From Dehalococcoidia bacterium (GTDB lineage Bacteria; Chloroflexota; Dehalococcoidia; Bin125): DNA of 64,000 nucleotides. The notes under the pieces are model-generated. The model worked only from the letters and a program-made list of their open reading frames with translations, searched no databases and was not told where the DNA came from. The DNA lies in contig OZ241849.1 in NCBI GenBank assembly GCA_965203165.1, forward strand, positions 367,583-431,582. The letters run 5' to 3'. Of this stretch, positions 55,389 to 64,000 are shown piece by piece (positions within the stretch are counted from its first letter, which is position 1; each line of letters opens with the position of its first letter). The position numbers and the translations under genes were made by a program.

Positions 55389-58220
55389 ATGAGCGAAACC
55401 GTCTACGCCGCGATTGATCTGGAGCTGACCGGGCTCAAGGTCGGCAGCGCCGAGATCATCGAGGTTGGCGTCGTGCGATGCACCCCGGAGCGGGTCCTGG
55501 AGCGCTGGAGCGCGCTCGCGCGGCCCTACGGCGAGCTGCCGCTGCGGATCGAGCGGTTGACCGGAATCACGCCCGAAATGCTGCGCGACGCCCCGCCCTT
55601 TGAAGCGCTCGCCGACGAACTGCGCGCGCTGCTGGAGGGGGCGATCCCGCTTGGGCACAACGTGAAATTCGACATCGACCACCTCGGCGCGAACGGGGTG
55701 GACCTCCCGCGCCAGGCGGTGGACACGCTGCCCCTGGCGCAGGTGCTGGATCCGGCCGCGCCGTCGCATCGGCTGGGTGAGCTGTGCGAACGCCACGGAA
55801 TCGCGCTGGACGGCTCCCATCGGGCGCTGGCCGACGCAGAAGCGAGCCGCCGGCTGCTGCTGGCGATGCGGCAGCGCTGGGATGCGCTGAACCCGTCGCA
55901 GCGGGAATACGCGGCGCTGGCCAACGGAGCAATGGGGCTGGCCTCGCCGCTGCGCGGCTTCCTTTCGCTGGTCAGCGACGGCGCGCTGCCCCCGCGCCGC
56001 CGCGAGCCGCGCCGCGCCGCGCCGACGAAGTCCGACGCGCGGGCGCCCGAACCGCCGCCGATCATTGATCTGCCGGAGCGATCGCTGGCCGAGCTCACGG
56101 CGGCGGCATTCGACGCCGCGGCCGGCGACGCCGAATCAGGCATGGAGCGTCGTGAGTCGCAGCGGGCCATGGCGCTCGATGTCGCGCGCGCGTTGGACAA
56201 CGGCGAGCAAGCCTTGGTGGAAGCCGGCACGGGCGTGGGCAAGTCTCTCGCCTATCTGGTGCCGGCCGCGCTGTGGGCAATGCGCGAGGGCAAGCGGGTG
56301 CTGGTCAGCACGCACACGCGCAACTTGCAGGCGCAACTGTCGGAGGACGATTTCGGGCTGCTGCGGCAAATGCTCAACCACGCCGCGCCGGCGCTTGGGC
56401 CCAAGCTGCGAGCAACCACGCTGAAAGGGCGGGGCAACTATCTCTGCCGGCGCGCGCTGGAGACGACGCTGGCCCGCGGTCTGCCGGTAGACGGCGAGGC
56501 CGCAGCGGCCGAGCTGAACGAGGGAATGCTGCTGGCGCGCGCCGGAGTCTGGGCGGAGAGCCCGGATTGCCGCGGCGATCGCGAACAGCTGCGCCTGCCG
56601 GCGGAGTTCAACGATGCGTGGGCGCGGCTGTCGGCCGAACGCGCCTCCTGCCTGCACGACGGCACGGACCACGTCGCGGCCGGCGCCTGCTTTCTGGCGC
56701 GCGCGTTCGATGCCGCGGCCGGAGCGCACATCACGGTGGTCAACCACGCCTGGCTGATCAGCAACCTCGATGCGGCCCGGCGCTATCGCCTGGACAACGA
56801 CGCCGATGCGGACTTCCAGCACCTCGCCGAATCCGACGCGGTGATCGTCGACGAGGCCCATTTCCTCGAGGACGCCACAACCAACGCGCTGCGCCAGTCG
56901 GTCAACGGCGACGCGCTGGAGAAGCTGTTCGACGGAATTCGCTCCACCGATCGCCGCCGCCGGGCAGCGCTCACGCGCCGCGCGGAGGAGGCCGCGCCCG
57001 TCGCCGCGGAGCGGCTCGCGGATGCGACGCTCGCCGCGCGCGAGGCGGTGGAAGCAGCCTGGTTCGCATTCGAGCAGTTCCTCAGCCAGTTCGGCCAGAG
57101 CGACGCCGTGGTGCTGTCGGGCGGGATGCGGGCGCAGCCGGACTGGGAACAGGTAGAACAACTGGCCGATACGGCGCGGAAATCGCTGCGCGGTCTGGCG
57201 TCGGAACTGCGCGAGCTGGCCCGCGCGGTCGAGGGCGAGGAACGGGGCCAGCTCGCAGACGACGCGCGAGCGACCGCGGACATCTGCGATGAGGCAGTGG
57301 AAGCGCTGCAGCTGGCGATCGAGGCCGATCCGGCGCAGACCGTGGCCTGGCTCGAAAAACAGCGCCGACAGCGCCGCGCGCCGGAGATCGTCTCACTCGA
57401 TTCCGCGCCAATCGACGTCAGCGGCAAGCTCACCGAACTGCTCTGGGCGCGCTGCCCGCGCGTTGTGCTGACCGGGGCGACCCTCACGGTCGACGGTCAA
57501 TGGGGCTTCCTGCGGCGGCGGCTGGGGATGCCGGAGGCGATCGAGTCGCGCTACGACTCGCCGTTCGACTACGAGCGCAACGCGCGGATTTACATCGCAG
57601 CGGACATGCCGCCGCTGACGGACCCGCCGCGCGAGGTGGAGCAGGAACTGGGCGATGCAATTCTGGCGCTGGCGCGGGCCGCGGAAGGTCGCACGCTGGC
57701 GCTGTTCACCGCGCACGGCACAATGCGGCGGGTCATGGAGCGGGTGCGCCAACCCCTGGCCAACTCCGGCATCGCCCTCTCCGTGCAGGGGCCGGACGGC
57801 AGCCCCGCGCAGGTGGTCGACGACCTCCGAGGGAATCCGCGCACGGTCATCTTCGGCGTGGACTCGCTCTGGACCGGAATCGATGTGCCCGGCGAGGCGC
57901 TCTCGCAGGTGATCGTCTGCCGCCTGCCCTTCGACCGCCCCAACGACCCAATCCAGTCGGCGCGCGCCGAGCAGTATGAAAACGCATTCGTCGAGCTCTC
58001 CGTGCCGACCGCGATCCTCAAGCTGCGCCAGGGTGTGGGGCGGCTAATTCGCACCGGCGAGGATCGCGGCGTAATCATCATTCTGGACAACCGCGTGGCG
58101 ACGAAGCGCTACGGAGCGCGGTTCCTCAACGAACTGCCGCCGGCCCCGATCGCTGAGTTGCCGACTCAGCGAATCGCGGCGGAGGTGCGGGCGTTTCTGC
58201 CGCCGCTGCCGCCATTGTGA
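55389..58220 (+). CDS. dinG: DEDDh exonuclease-DinG family helicase fusion
   Basis: DLELTG/HNVKFD/HRALADA; EAGTGVGKS, DEAH, QGVGRLIR. Confidence 0.9.
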   Translation: MSETVYAAIDLELTGLKVGSAEIIEVGVVRCTPERVLERWSALARPYGELPLRIERLTGITPEMLRDAPPFEALADELRALLEGAIPLGHNVKFDIDHLGANGVDLPRQAVDTLPLAQVLDPAAPSHRLGELCERHGIALDGSHRALADAEASRRLLLAMRQRWDALNPSQREYAALANGAMGLASPLRGFLSLVSDGALPPRRREPRRAAPTKSDARAPEPPPIIDLPERSLAELTAAAFDAAAGDAESGMERRESQRAMALDVARALDNGEQALVEAGTGVGKSLAYLVPAALWAMREGKRVLVSTHTRNLQAQLSEDDFGLLRQMLNHAAPALGPKLRATTLKGRGNYLCRRALETTLARGLPVDGEAAAAELNEGMLLARAGVWAESPDCRGDREQLRLPAEFNDAWARLSAERASCLHDGTDHVAAGACFLARAFDAAAGAHITVVNHAWLISNLDAARRYRLDNDADADFQHLAESDAVIVDEAHFLEDATTNALRQSVNGDALEKLFDGIRSTDRRRRAALTRRAEEAAPVAAERLADATLAAREAVEAAWFAFEQFLSQFGQSDAVVLSGGMRAQPDWEQVEQLADTARKSLRGLASELRELARAVEGEERGQLADDARATADICDEAVEALQLAIEADPAQTVAWLEKQRRQRRAPEIVSLDSAPIDVSGKLTELLWARCPRVVLTGATLTVDGQWGFLRRRLGMPEAIESRYDSPFDYERNARIYIAADMPPLTDPPREVEQELGDAILALARAAEGRTLALFTAHGTMRRVMERVRQPLANSGIALSVQGPDGSPAQVVDDLRGNPRTVIFGVDSLWTGIDVPGEALSQVIVCRLPFDRPNDPIQSARAEQYENAFVELSVPTAILKLRQGVGRLIRTGEDRGVIIILDNRVATKRYGARFLNELPPAPIAELPTQRIAAEVRAFLPPLPPL

Positions 58221-58759
58221 GCGACATGAGCGGCTGGCCGGACCGCGCGAGCGACGGGCGGGTCTCGCTGGCGCGCATTCGCGGCGAGGCGGTGGACGCG
58301 CCCTGGCTGGATGAGGCCGCGCAGGCGATCGCGGGGCGGGGCGAGCCCTGCCCGCTCAATGCCCGGATCAGCGCCGCCGCAGCTGACGCCGACGCTGCCG
58401 ACGCCGCCTGGTGGATTCGCGCCGAGCTTGACGGCCGGCGGCAAATTGTCGGCGCGCTGAGCGGGCGGCTGGTGGGCGCGAGCGCCGTCTGGACCTGGCT
58501 GGCGGTCGCCGCGCAGTGGCGGCACTACGGCTTCGGCGGCGCGGCCGTGCCGCTCTTCGAGCGCGCCGCGCGGCGGCGCGGCGCGGCCCAGGCGCTCGTC
58601 CCGCTGCCGCGCGACAATGGAGTGGCGCTCTATTTCTGGCTACGCTTGGGCTACGTGCCCGAGCGAGCGCCGACCCTGGATCAGGCGCTCGACGCGGCGG
58701 AACTGCCGCCCGGCGTCGCGCCCGACGCGGTCTGGATGCGCCGCCCGCTGAGCGGCTAG
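58217..58759 (+). CDS. GNAT-family acetyltransferase
   Basis: VAAQWRHYGFG motif A; N..ALYFWLRLGY motif B. Confidence 0.75.
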   Translation: MSDMSGWPDRASDGRVSLARIRGEAVDAPWLDEAAQAIAGRGEPCPLNARISAAAADADAADAAWWIRAELDGRRQIVGALSGRLVGASAVWTWLAVAAQWRHYGFGGAAVPLFERAARRRGAAQALVPLPRDNGVALYFWLRLGYVPERAPTLDQALDAAELPPGVAPDAVWMRRPLSG

Positions 58760-58773
58760 CGAGAGGCCGAGCA

Positions 58774-59187
58774 ATGCAACTGCCCGAAGACATCAAAGCG
58801 CGGATCAACAACGCCCTCAACGACGGCTACCCCCTCTCGCTGGTCGCCGTTTCGCCCGATGCAGAGCCGTTGGTCAGCTTTCGCGGCAGCGCGCAAAGCT
58901 TCGCAGACGACGCGCTCGCGGTCTGGGTGCGCGCCGCGCCCTCGACCACGCTCAGCGCCATCGCCGCCAATCCCCAGGTCGCGATGATCTACACCAATAT
59001 GCCCGATCGAAAGTTCTACGTCTTTCGCGGCCGCGCGCGCGTCACGGAAGACCCCGCCGAGCGCGATGCGATCTGGGAGGGGCAGCACCCGCTGGAGAAA
59101 GACCGCGACCCCGAGCGCAACGGAGTCGCGGTGATCATCGATCTGGACCGGGTCAGCGGCAGCGGCATCAACCTGCGCCGGGAGTAG
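58774..59187 (+). CDS. pyridoxamine 5'-phosphate oxidase-like split-barrel protein
   Basis: P.VSFRGS, IAANPQVAM, FRGRARV. Confidence 0.75.
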   Translation: MQLPEDIKARINNALNDGYPLSLVAVSPDAEPLVSFRGSAQSFADDALAVWVRAAPSTTLSAIAANPQVAMIYTNMPDRKFYVFRGRARVTEDPAERDAIWEGQHPLEKDRDPERNGVAVIIDLDRVSGSGINLRRE

Positions 59188-59223
59188 GAGCGCGGCCCGC
59201 GCGCAGGATTGAGGGAAGCGACC

Positions 59224-60201
59224 GTGGTGCGACTGTTTCGCCGACGGGGTGAAGCCCAGACCGAGGCCGACAGCGCCGAGCTGGATGCGGCCTACGAGGG
59301 CGCAACGCGGGCCGCGCGGCGCGGCGTGTTGGGCCGGCTGGGCGGCCTGCTGCGCCGCCGGCAGCTGGACGAGGACTTCTGGGAGGAGCTCGAGGAAACG
59401 CTGATCCTCGCCGATCTGGGCGGCGCGGCCAGTGCGCGGATCGTCGAGGAGTTGCGCGACGCGGCAGGCCGCGAGGCGGACGCGGAGAGCGTCCGCGCGG
59501 CGCTGCGCCGGCAACTGATCGACCTGCTGGAGCGCCCAACCTCCGACGGCGCGCTCTGGCCGCCGTCGGAGACGCCGCCGCCGGCGCCCCACGTGATCCT
59601 GGTGGTCGGCGTGAACGGCGCGGGCAAAACAACTTCAATCGCGAAGCTGGCGCACGCGCTCGCCGACGAGGGGCGCACCGTGCTGCTGGCCGCGGCCGAC
59701 ACCTTCCGCGCAGCCGCAATCGAGCAGTTGCAAACCTGGGCGGAGCGAGTCGGCGTCGACTGCGTCGCGCACCAGCCGGGCTCGGATCCGGGCGCCGTGG
59801 CCTGGGACGCGATCGAGGCGGCGCAGTCGCGCGGCGTTGAAGTCGTGATCGTGGACACCGCCGGGCGGCTGCAAACGAAGTCCAATCTGATGGCCGAACT
59901 GAGCAAGGTGCGGCGCGTCATCGAGCGGCGGCTGCCCGACGCGCCCCACGAGGTGCTGCTCGTGCTCGACGCCACAAGCGGCCAAAACGGACTCAGCCAG
60001 GCGCGGCTCTTCGCCGAGGCCGCCGGCGTCACCGCGATCTGCCTGGCCAAGCTCGACAGCTCGGGCAAGGGCGGCATCGTCTTCGCCATCGCCGACCAGC
60101 TGGGCATCCCCGTGCGCTTCGCCGGCACCGGCGAGCACCCGGGCGACATCGCCCCCTTCGAGCCCGCCCGCTACGTAGACGCCCTGCTCGGCGAGGACTA
60201 G
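59224..60201 (+). CDS. ftsY: signal recognition particle receptor
   Basis: GVNGAGKTT, DTFRAAA, DTAGRL, KLDSSGKGG. Confidence 0.96.
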   Translation: MVRLFRRRGEAQTEADSAELDAAYEGATRAARRGVLGRLGGLLRRRQLDEDFWEELEETLILADLGGAASARIVEELRDAAGREADAESVRAALRRQLIDLLERPTSDGALWPPSETPPPAPHVILVVGVNGAGKTTSIAKLAHALADEGRTVLLAAADTFRAAAIEQLQTWAERVGVDCVAHQPGSDPGAVAWDAIEAAQSRGVEVVIVDTAGRLQTKSNLMAELSKVRRVIERRLPDAPHEVLLVLDATSGQNGLSQARLFAEAAGVTAICLAKLDSSGKGGIVFAIADQLGIPVRFAGTGEHPGDIAPFEPARYVDALLGED

Positions 60202-60399
60202 GCCCCGTTCACACCGCCCCAACTCCGCCCAACCGTGCTACCATACCCCAGAAGAACGAAAGTGCAACGAAATGTCCACCTCCCCGCCCACCAACCAACT
60301 CCGCACCCCAACCACAGCTATCCACCCCGAATCACCCCTGAACAAATCCGAACAACCCCGAACAAGCCCTCGCCTCAGTTCCGCCATATCCGCGCAATT

Positions 60400-60932
60400 T
60401 AGATCCGTCATACCCGCGCAAAAAATCCGCCATACCCACGCAAAAAATCCGCCATACCCGCGCAATTTAGATCCGTCATACCCGCGCTCGCCGCGGGTAT
60501 CTCGCCGAGCACACCACCCAACCCCGCGCCCGCCTGACGCCGCACACACCCATACCCTCTCCGCCACCCCCGCACAAAATGAAATCCTCCACCCCCGCGC
60601 AAAAAATCCGCCATACCCACGCAATTTAGATCCGTCATACCCGCGCTCGCCGCGGGTATCTCGCCGAGCACACCACCGAGCCCCGCGCCCGCCTGACGCC
60701 GCACACACCCATACCCTCTCCGCCACCCCCGCGCAAAAAGTTCCGCCATACCCACGCAATTTAGATCCGTCATACCCGCGCTCGCCGCGGGTATCTCGCC
60801 GAGCACACCACCGAGCCCCGCGCCCGCCTGACGCCGCACACACCCGACCCTCTCCGCCACCCCCACGCAAAATGAAATCCGCCGCCCCGCGCAAGAAGAT
60901 CCGTCATACCCGCGCTCGCCGCGGGTATGACG
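60400..60932 (+). repeat. tandem palindromic repeat array 9 (~135-159-bp units)
   Basis: cores at 60473, 60632, 60767 and 60901; the last closes with GGGTATGACG. Confidence 0.9.
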
Positions 60933-60957
60933 AAAGCAGGACGGAGCGTCGCGTAGA

Positions 60958-61614
60958 ATGGGCATCATGCAATTCATACACGCCGCCTGGACGCCCGCCG
61001 GCGAGCCGCCCTACCCGACGCTGTTTGCGCTGCATGGGCATGGGGCGCACGCGCAGGATTTGGCGCCGCTCGCGCCGCTGCTGGCTGGGGGGCGCTTGCA
61101 GGTGATTTTGCCGCAGGCGGAGTTCGCGCTGGACGACGCGCCGTTTTCCTACGGGCCGATGTTCACCTGGATGCGGCGCGGCGAGAACGACCGCCCGCTG
61201 CCCGGCGAGCTGGCGCGGGTCACGGCGGATCTGACGGCGTTTATCGAAGAGGCCTGCGAGCGCTACTCGGTGGATCGAAACCGGGCGGCGCTGATGGGCT
61301 TCAGCCAGGGCGGGTTTCTGGCCTACCGGCTGGCGCTGAGCGATCCGAGCCGCTGGCGCGGCGCGGCGATGCTCTCGACCTGGCTATCGGACGAGGCGGC
61401 CGCGGAGATTCACCCCGAGGCCGCACAGCTGCCGCTACTGGTGCAGCACGGGACGAACGATCCGCTGGTGGCGGTCGACAAGGGGCGCGATTCGCGCGAT
61501 CGGCTCCAGGCGCTGGGGCTGAGCGTGGACTACCGCGAGTACCCGATGCAGCACGAGCTGGGCCGCGAGAGCCTGCACGACCTCTCGGCGTGGCTGGGGG
61601 AAGTGCTGCGCTGA
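60958..61614 (+). CDS. phospholipase/carboxylesterase (alpha/beta hydrolase)
   Basis: LHGHG, GFSQGG, HGTNDPLV, MQHE. Confidence 0.9.
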   Translation: MGIMQFIHAAWTPAGEPPYPTLFALHGHGAHAQDLAPLAPLLAGGRLQVILPQAEFALDDAPFSYGPMFTWMRRGENDRPLPGELARVTADLTAFIEEACERYSVDRNRAALMGFSQGGFLAYRLALSDPSRWRGAAMLSTWLSDEAAAEIHPEAAQLPLLVQHGTNDPLVAVDKGRDSRDRLQALGLSVDYREYPMQHELGRESLHDLSAWLGEVLR

Positions 61615-61700
61615 GTCGCGCCCGGCGACAGTGCGTGCCCTCCGGCAACGCGGGCTGCGAAGGCGTACGCTCCGCTACATAAGGAGATTGGAGGGATGCG

Positions 61701-63413
61701 ATGGGCGCGACGCTGCGGGTTTGCTCGCTGGATGAGCTGCGAGGTGATGGGGTGCGGGTCGTGTCCACGGGCGAGCGGACGGTAGCGGTGTTTTGGCACC
61801 GCGATCAGGTGTTTGCGGTGGACAACCGCTGCCCGCATATGGGCTTCCCGCTCAGCCAGGGGACGGTGGCGGACGGCATCCTGACCTGCCACTGGCATCA
61901 CGCGAAGTTCGACCTGTCGGGCGGGTGCGCGTTCGACCTGTTCGCCGATGATGTAGCGGCCTTTCGCAGCGAGGTGCGCGGCGGCGAGGTCTGGATCGAC
62001 CCGCAGCCGCAGGAAGAGGAAGCGGTCGGGCACTGGACGCGCAAGCTGCAGGAGGGCCTGGAGCAGAACCTGCGGCTGGTGCTCGCCAAGTCGGTGATTG
62101 GGTTGTGCGCGGCGGGGCGGGAGGACATCGTGCTGGATCGCGCGGCGCGCTTCGGGGCGCGCAACCGCGCGGCCGGCTGGTCAAGCGGGCTGTCAATTCT
62201 CACGGCGATGGCGAACGTGCTGCCGCAGCTCGAACCGGACGACCGCGCGCGGGCGCTGTATCAGGGCGTGGTGCATGTGGCGCGCAGCGTGCAAGGGCAG
62301 CCGCCGGACTTTGATATTGCGCCGCTGGCGACGGAGGAATCGCGGCCCGCGCAGTTTCGGGCGTGGTTCCGGCGCTTCGCGGAGGTGCGCTCACGCGACG
62401 CGGCGGAGCGCTGCCTGCGCACGGCCGTGGCGGCCGGATTGGACGACCGGCAGCTGGCGGACCTGCTCTTCGCGGCCTCCACCGATCACACCTTCATGGA
62501 TGTGGGGCACACGCTCGATTTCGCCAACAAGGCCTGCGAGCTGCTGGACGCGGTCGGCTGGGACGCCGCGCCGGATCTGCTGAGCTCGGTGATCCCGACG
62601 ATCACCGGCGCGCAGCGAATGGAAGAGACCTCGGCCTGGCAGCATCCCGTGGATCTGCCGGCGCTGCTGCGCGAGGCGGGCGAGGCGCTGGATGAGGCGT
62701 TGGCGGTCGGCGGCCAACATAACGATGGCTGGGATGAGCATCAGCCGGTCGCGGAGTCGATCCTGGACGACCCGCCCGACGTGTCGCTGAAGCGGATTGT
62801 GGCGGCGGCCCGCGCCGGCGCGCCGCTGGGCGAGCTGAGCCTGACCGTGGCCTACGCCGCGGCGCGGCGGCCGCTGCACTTCCACATCTCCAACGAGTTC
62901 GGCGACTGGGACACGGTGCATCACACGTTCACCTACACCAACGCGGTGGATCGGGCGATGCAGCGCGCGCCCTCGCGGGAGCTGGCGCGGGGGATTCTGG
63001 ATGGCGCGGCGTCGGTCTATCTGGAGCGCTTTCTGAACACGCCGCGTCAGCCGCGCCCGGAGCCGAACGGCGGCGCGGCGTCGGTGGAAGATTTGCTGGC
63101 GCATTTCGACCATCAGCAGCAGGTGGATGAGACGGCGCAAGCGACTGCGGACCTGCTGGCGGGCGGGCAGCGGCAAGAGGTCATCCGCGCGCTGGGTTCG
63201 GCGCTGCTGCGGGAGGACGCGGGCTTCCACTCGTTCCAGATTTACGACGCCGCGCTGCGGCTGACGGAGCGCTTCGGGGAGCGTCCGGAGGGGGACGATG
63301 TGCTGATCGGCGCAAGCCGCTTCCTGACGGCGCACGCGCCGACGGTGCGCTCAATGAACCAGACCTACGAGACTGCGGCGCGGCTGCACCGCGGCGAGGC
63401 GCTGCACGCCTGA
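61701..63413 (+). CDS. Rieske [2Fe-2S] domain protein with large helical C-terminal region
   Basis: NRCPHMG...TCHWHHAKF; GGAGG RBS. Confidence 0.85.
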   Translation: MGATLRVCSLDELRGDGVRVVSTGERTVAVFWHRDQVFAVDNRCPHMGFPLSQGTVADGILTCHWHHAKFDLSGGCAFDLFADDVAAFRSEVRGGEVWIDPQPQEEEAVGHWTRKLQEGLEQNLRLVLAKSVIGLCAAGREDIVLDRAARFGARNRAAGWSSGLSILTAMANVLPQLEPDDRARALYQGVVHVARSVQGQPPDFDIAPLATEESRPAQFRAWFRRFAEVRSRDAAERCLRTAVAAGLDDRQLADLLFAASTDHTFMDVGHTLDFANKACELLDAVGWDAAPDLLSSVIPTITGAQRMEETSAWQHPVDLPALLREAGEALDEALAVGGQHNDGWDEHQPVAESILDDPPDVSLKRIVAAARAGAPLGELSLTVAYAAARRPLHFHISNEFGDWDTVHHTFTYTNAVDRAMQRAPSRELARGILDGAASVYLERFLNTPRQPRPEPNGGAASVEDLLAHFDHQQQVDETAQATADLLAGGQRQEVIRALGSALLREDAGFHSFQIYDAALRLTERFGERPEGDDVLIGASRFLTAHAPTVRSMNQTYETAARLHRGEALHA

Positions 63414-63479
63414 AACGGGCGCGGGGTAGCGTCGGCGATCTGGGCAGCGGCGGGGCTAGGGGCTGTTCACGCTAGTTGC

Positions 63480-63990
63480 GCACCACCCACCCGTCCCCCA
63501 ATTCATCCCTCCCCCCTTCCAGGGGGGAGGTTAGGTGGGGGGTGGGAGGCAACGAGCGACCACCAGCCGTCGTGCCACGCTCCAATCCCCCCCCTCCCCT
63601 CCGTCATTCCTGCGCAGGCAGGAACCCAGGTGGTCTCCAGCGCCTGTACGGGCCCGCGATACCGCGACGGCCCACCAATGCCGCTCCCGCACTGCCGGCA
63701 GCGTTCGGAACCAGTGCGAGCCGCGCCTGCTGCGCGGGTTCCTGCCTGCGCAGGAATGACGGAGGGGGGCGCAGGAATGACGGGCGGGGGGTGCGGGTGC
63801 GATGAGAGGGGGCGCGGGTGCGATGAGAGGGGGCGCGGGTGCGATGAGAGGGGGCGCGGGTGCGACGAGAGGGGGCGCGGTGATGACGGGGAGGGAGTGA
63901 GGTGGGTGGATCGGGGCGCGCACGATCTGTGGCGGCGGCTCGCGGCTTCTCACCCCCCACCTAACCTCCCCCCTGAGAGGGGGGGTGTGT
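63480..63990. repeat. composite repeat: outer inverted CCCCCCACCTAACCTCCCCCCT elements, inner CGTC doublet (63601-63762), four ~21-bp GGGTGCGATGAGAGGGGGCGC tandem copies
   Basis: read directly; matches the element at 49995-50460. Confidence 0.8.
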
Positions 63991-64000
63991 GCGTGCGCGG

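Noticed and set aside
55389-58220. DinG as a type IV CRISPR or defence helicase
   Set aside because: Exonuclease-DinG fusion in a housekeeping context (rsmA, ispE, ftsY) with no csf/cas genes

Overview
High-GC bacterial chromosomal window. Gene content (cofD/cofC F420 synthesis, P450, acyl-CoA dehydrogenase, long Alu-type SRP RNA, aroK-aroB fusion) tentatively suggests a Chloroflexota/Dehalococcoidia-like organism; this is inference only. Most of the window is housekeeping: aceE-aceF-lpdA-folP, lipB-lipA-aroC-aroKB-acyP, moeA, pheST, infC-rpmI-rplT, accC/accB-like, thrS, 3 tRNAs, oppD/F, lepA, ffs, rsmA-ispE, dinG and ftsY. Five features stand out. (1) A 3.7-kb tandem array of five small DUF5678-like genes and four retropepsin-like aspartic proteases, each unit with its own leader, including one protease that has lost its catalytic Asp and one orphan small gene; this is a candidate diversifying protease/partner (toxin-antitoxin-like) system. 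(2) A UGSC-family selenoprotein (in-frame TGA, U-G-S-C-T-T-C) flanked by two paralogous partner proteins, one fused to a CxxC thioredoxin-like domain. (3) A G15 tract that frameshifts the signal peptide of a secreted repeat protein, a phase-variation candidate. (4) Two CIRCE operators in front of an unknown 166-aa gene. (5) Nine co-oriented tandem arrays of a CGTC-tagged palindromic repeat (about 5 kb in total) plus REPIN/MITE-like doublets. All family assignments come from motif recognition by eye; no database searches were run.
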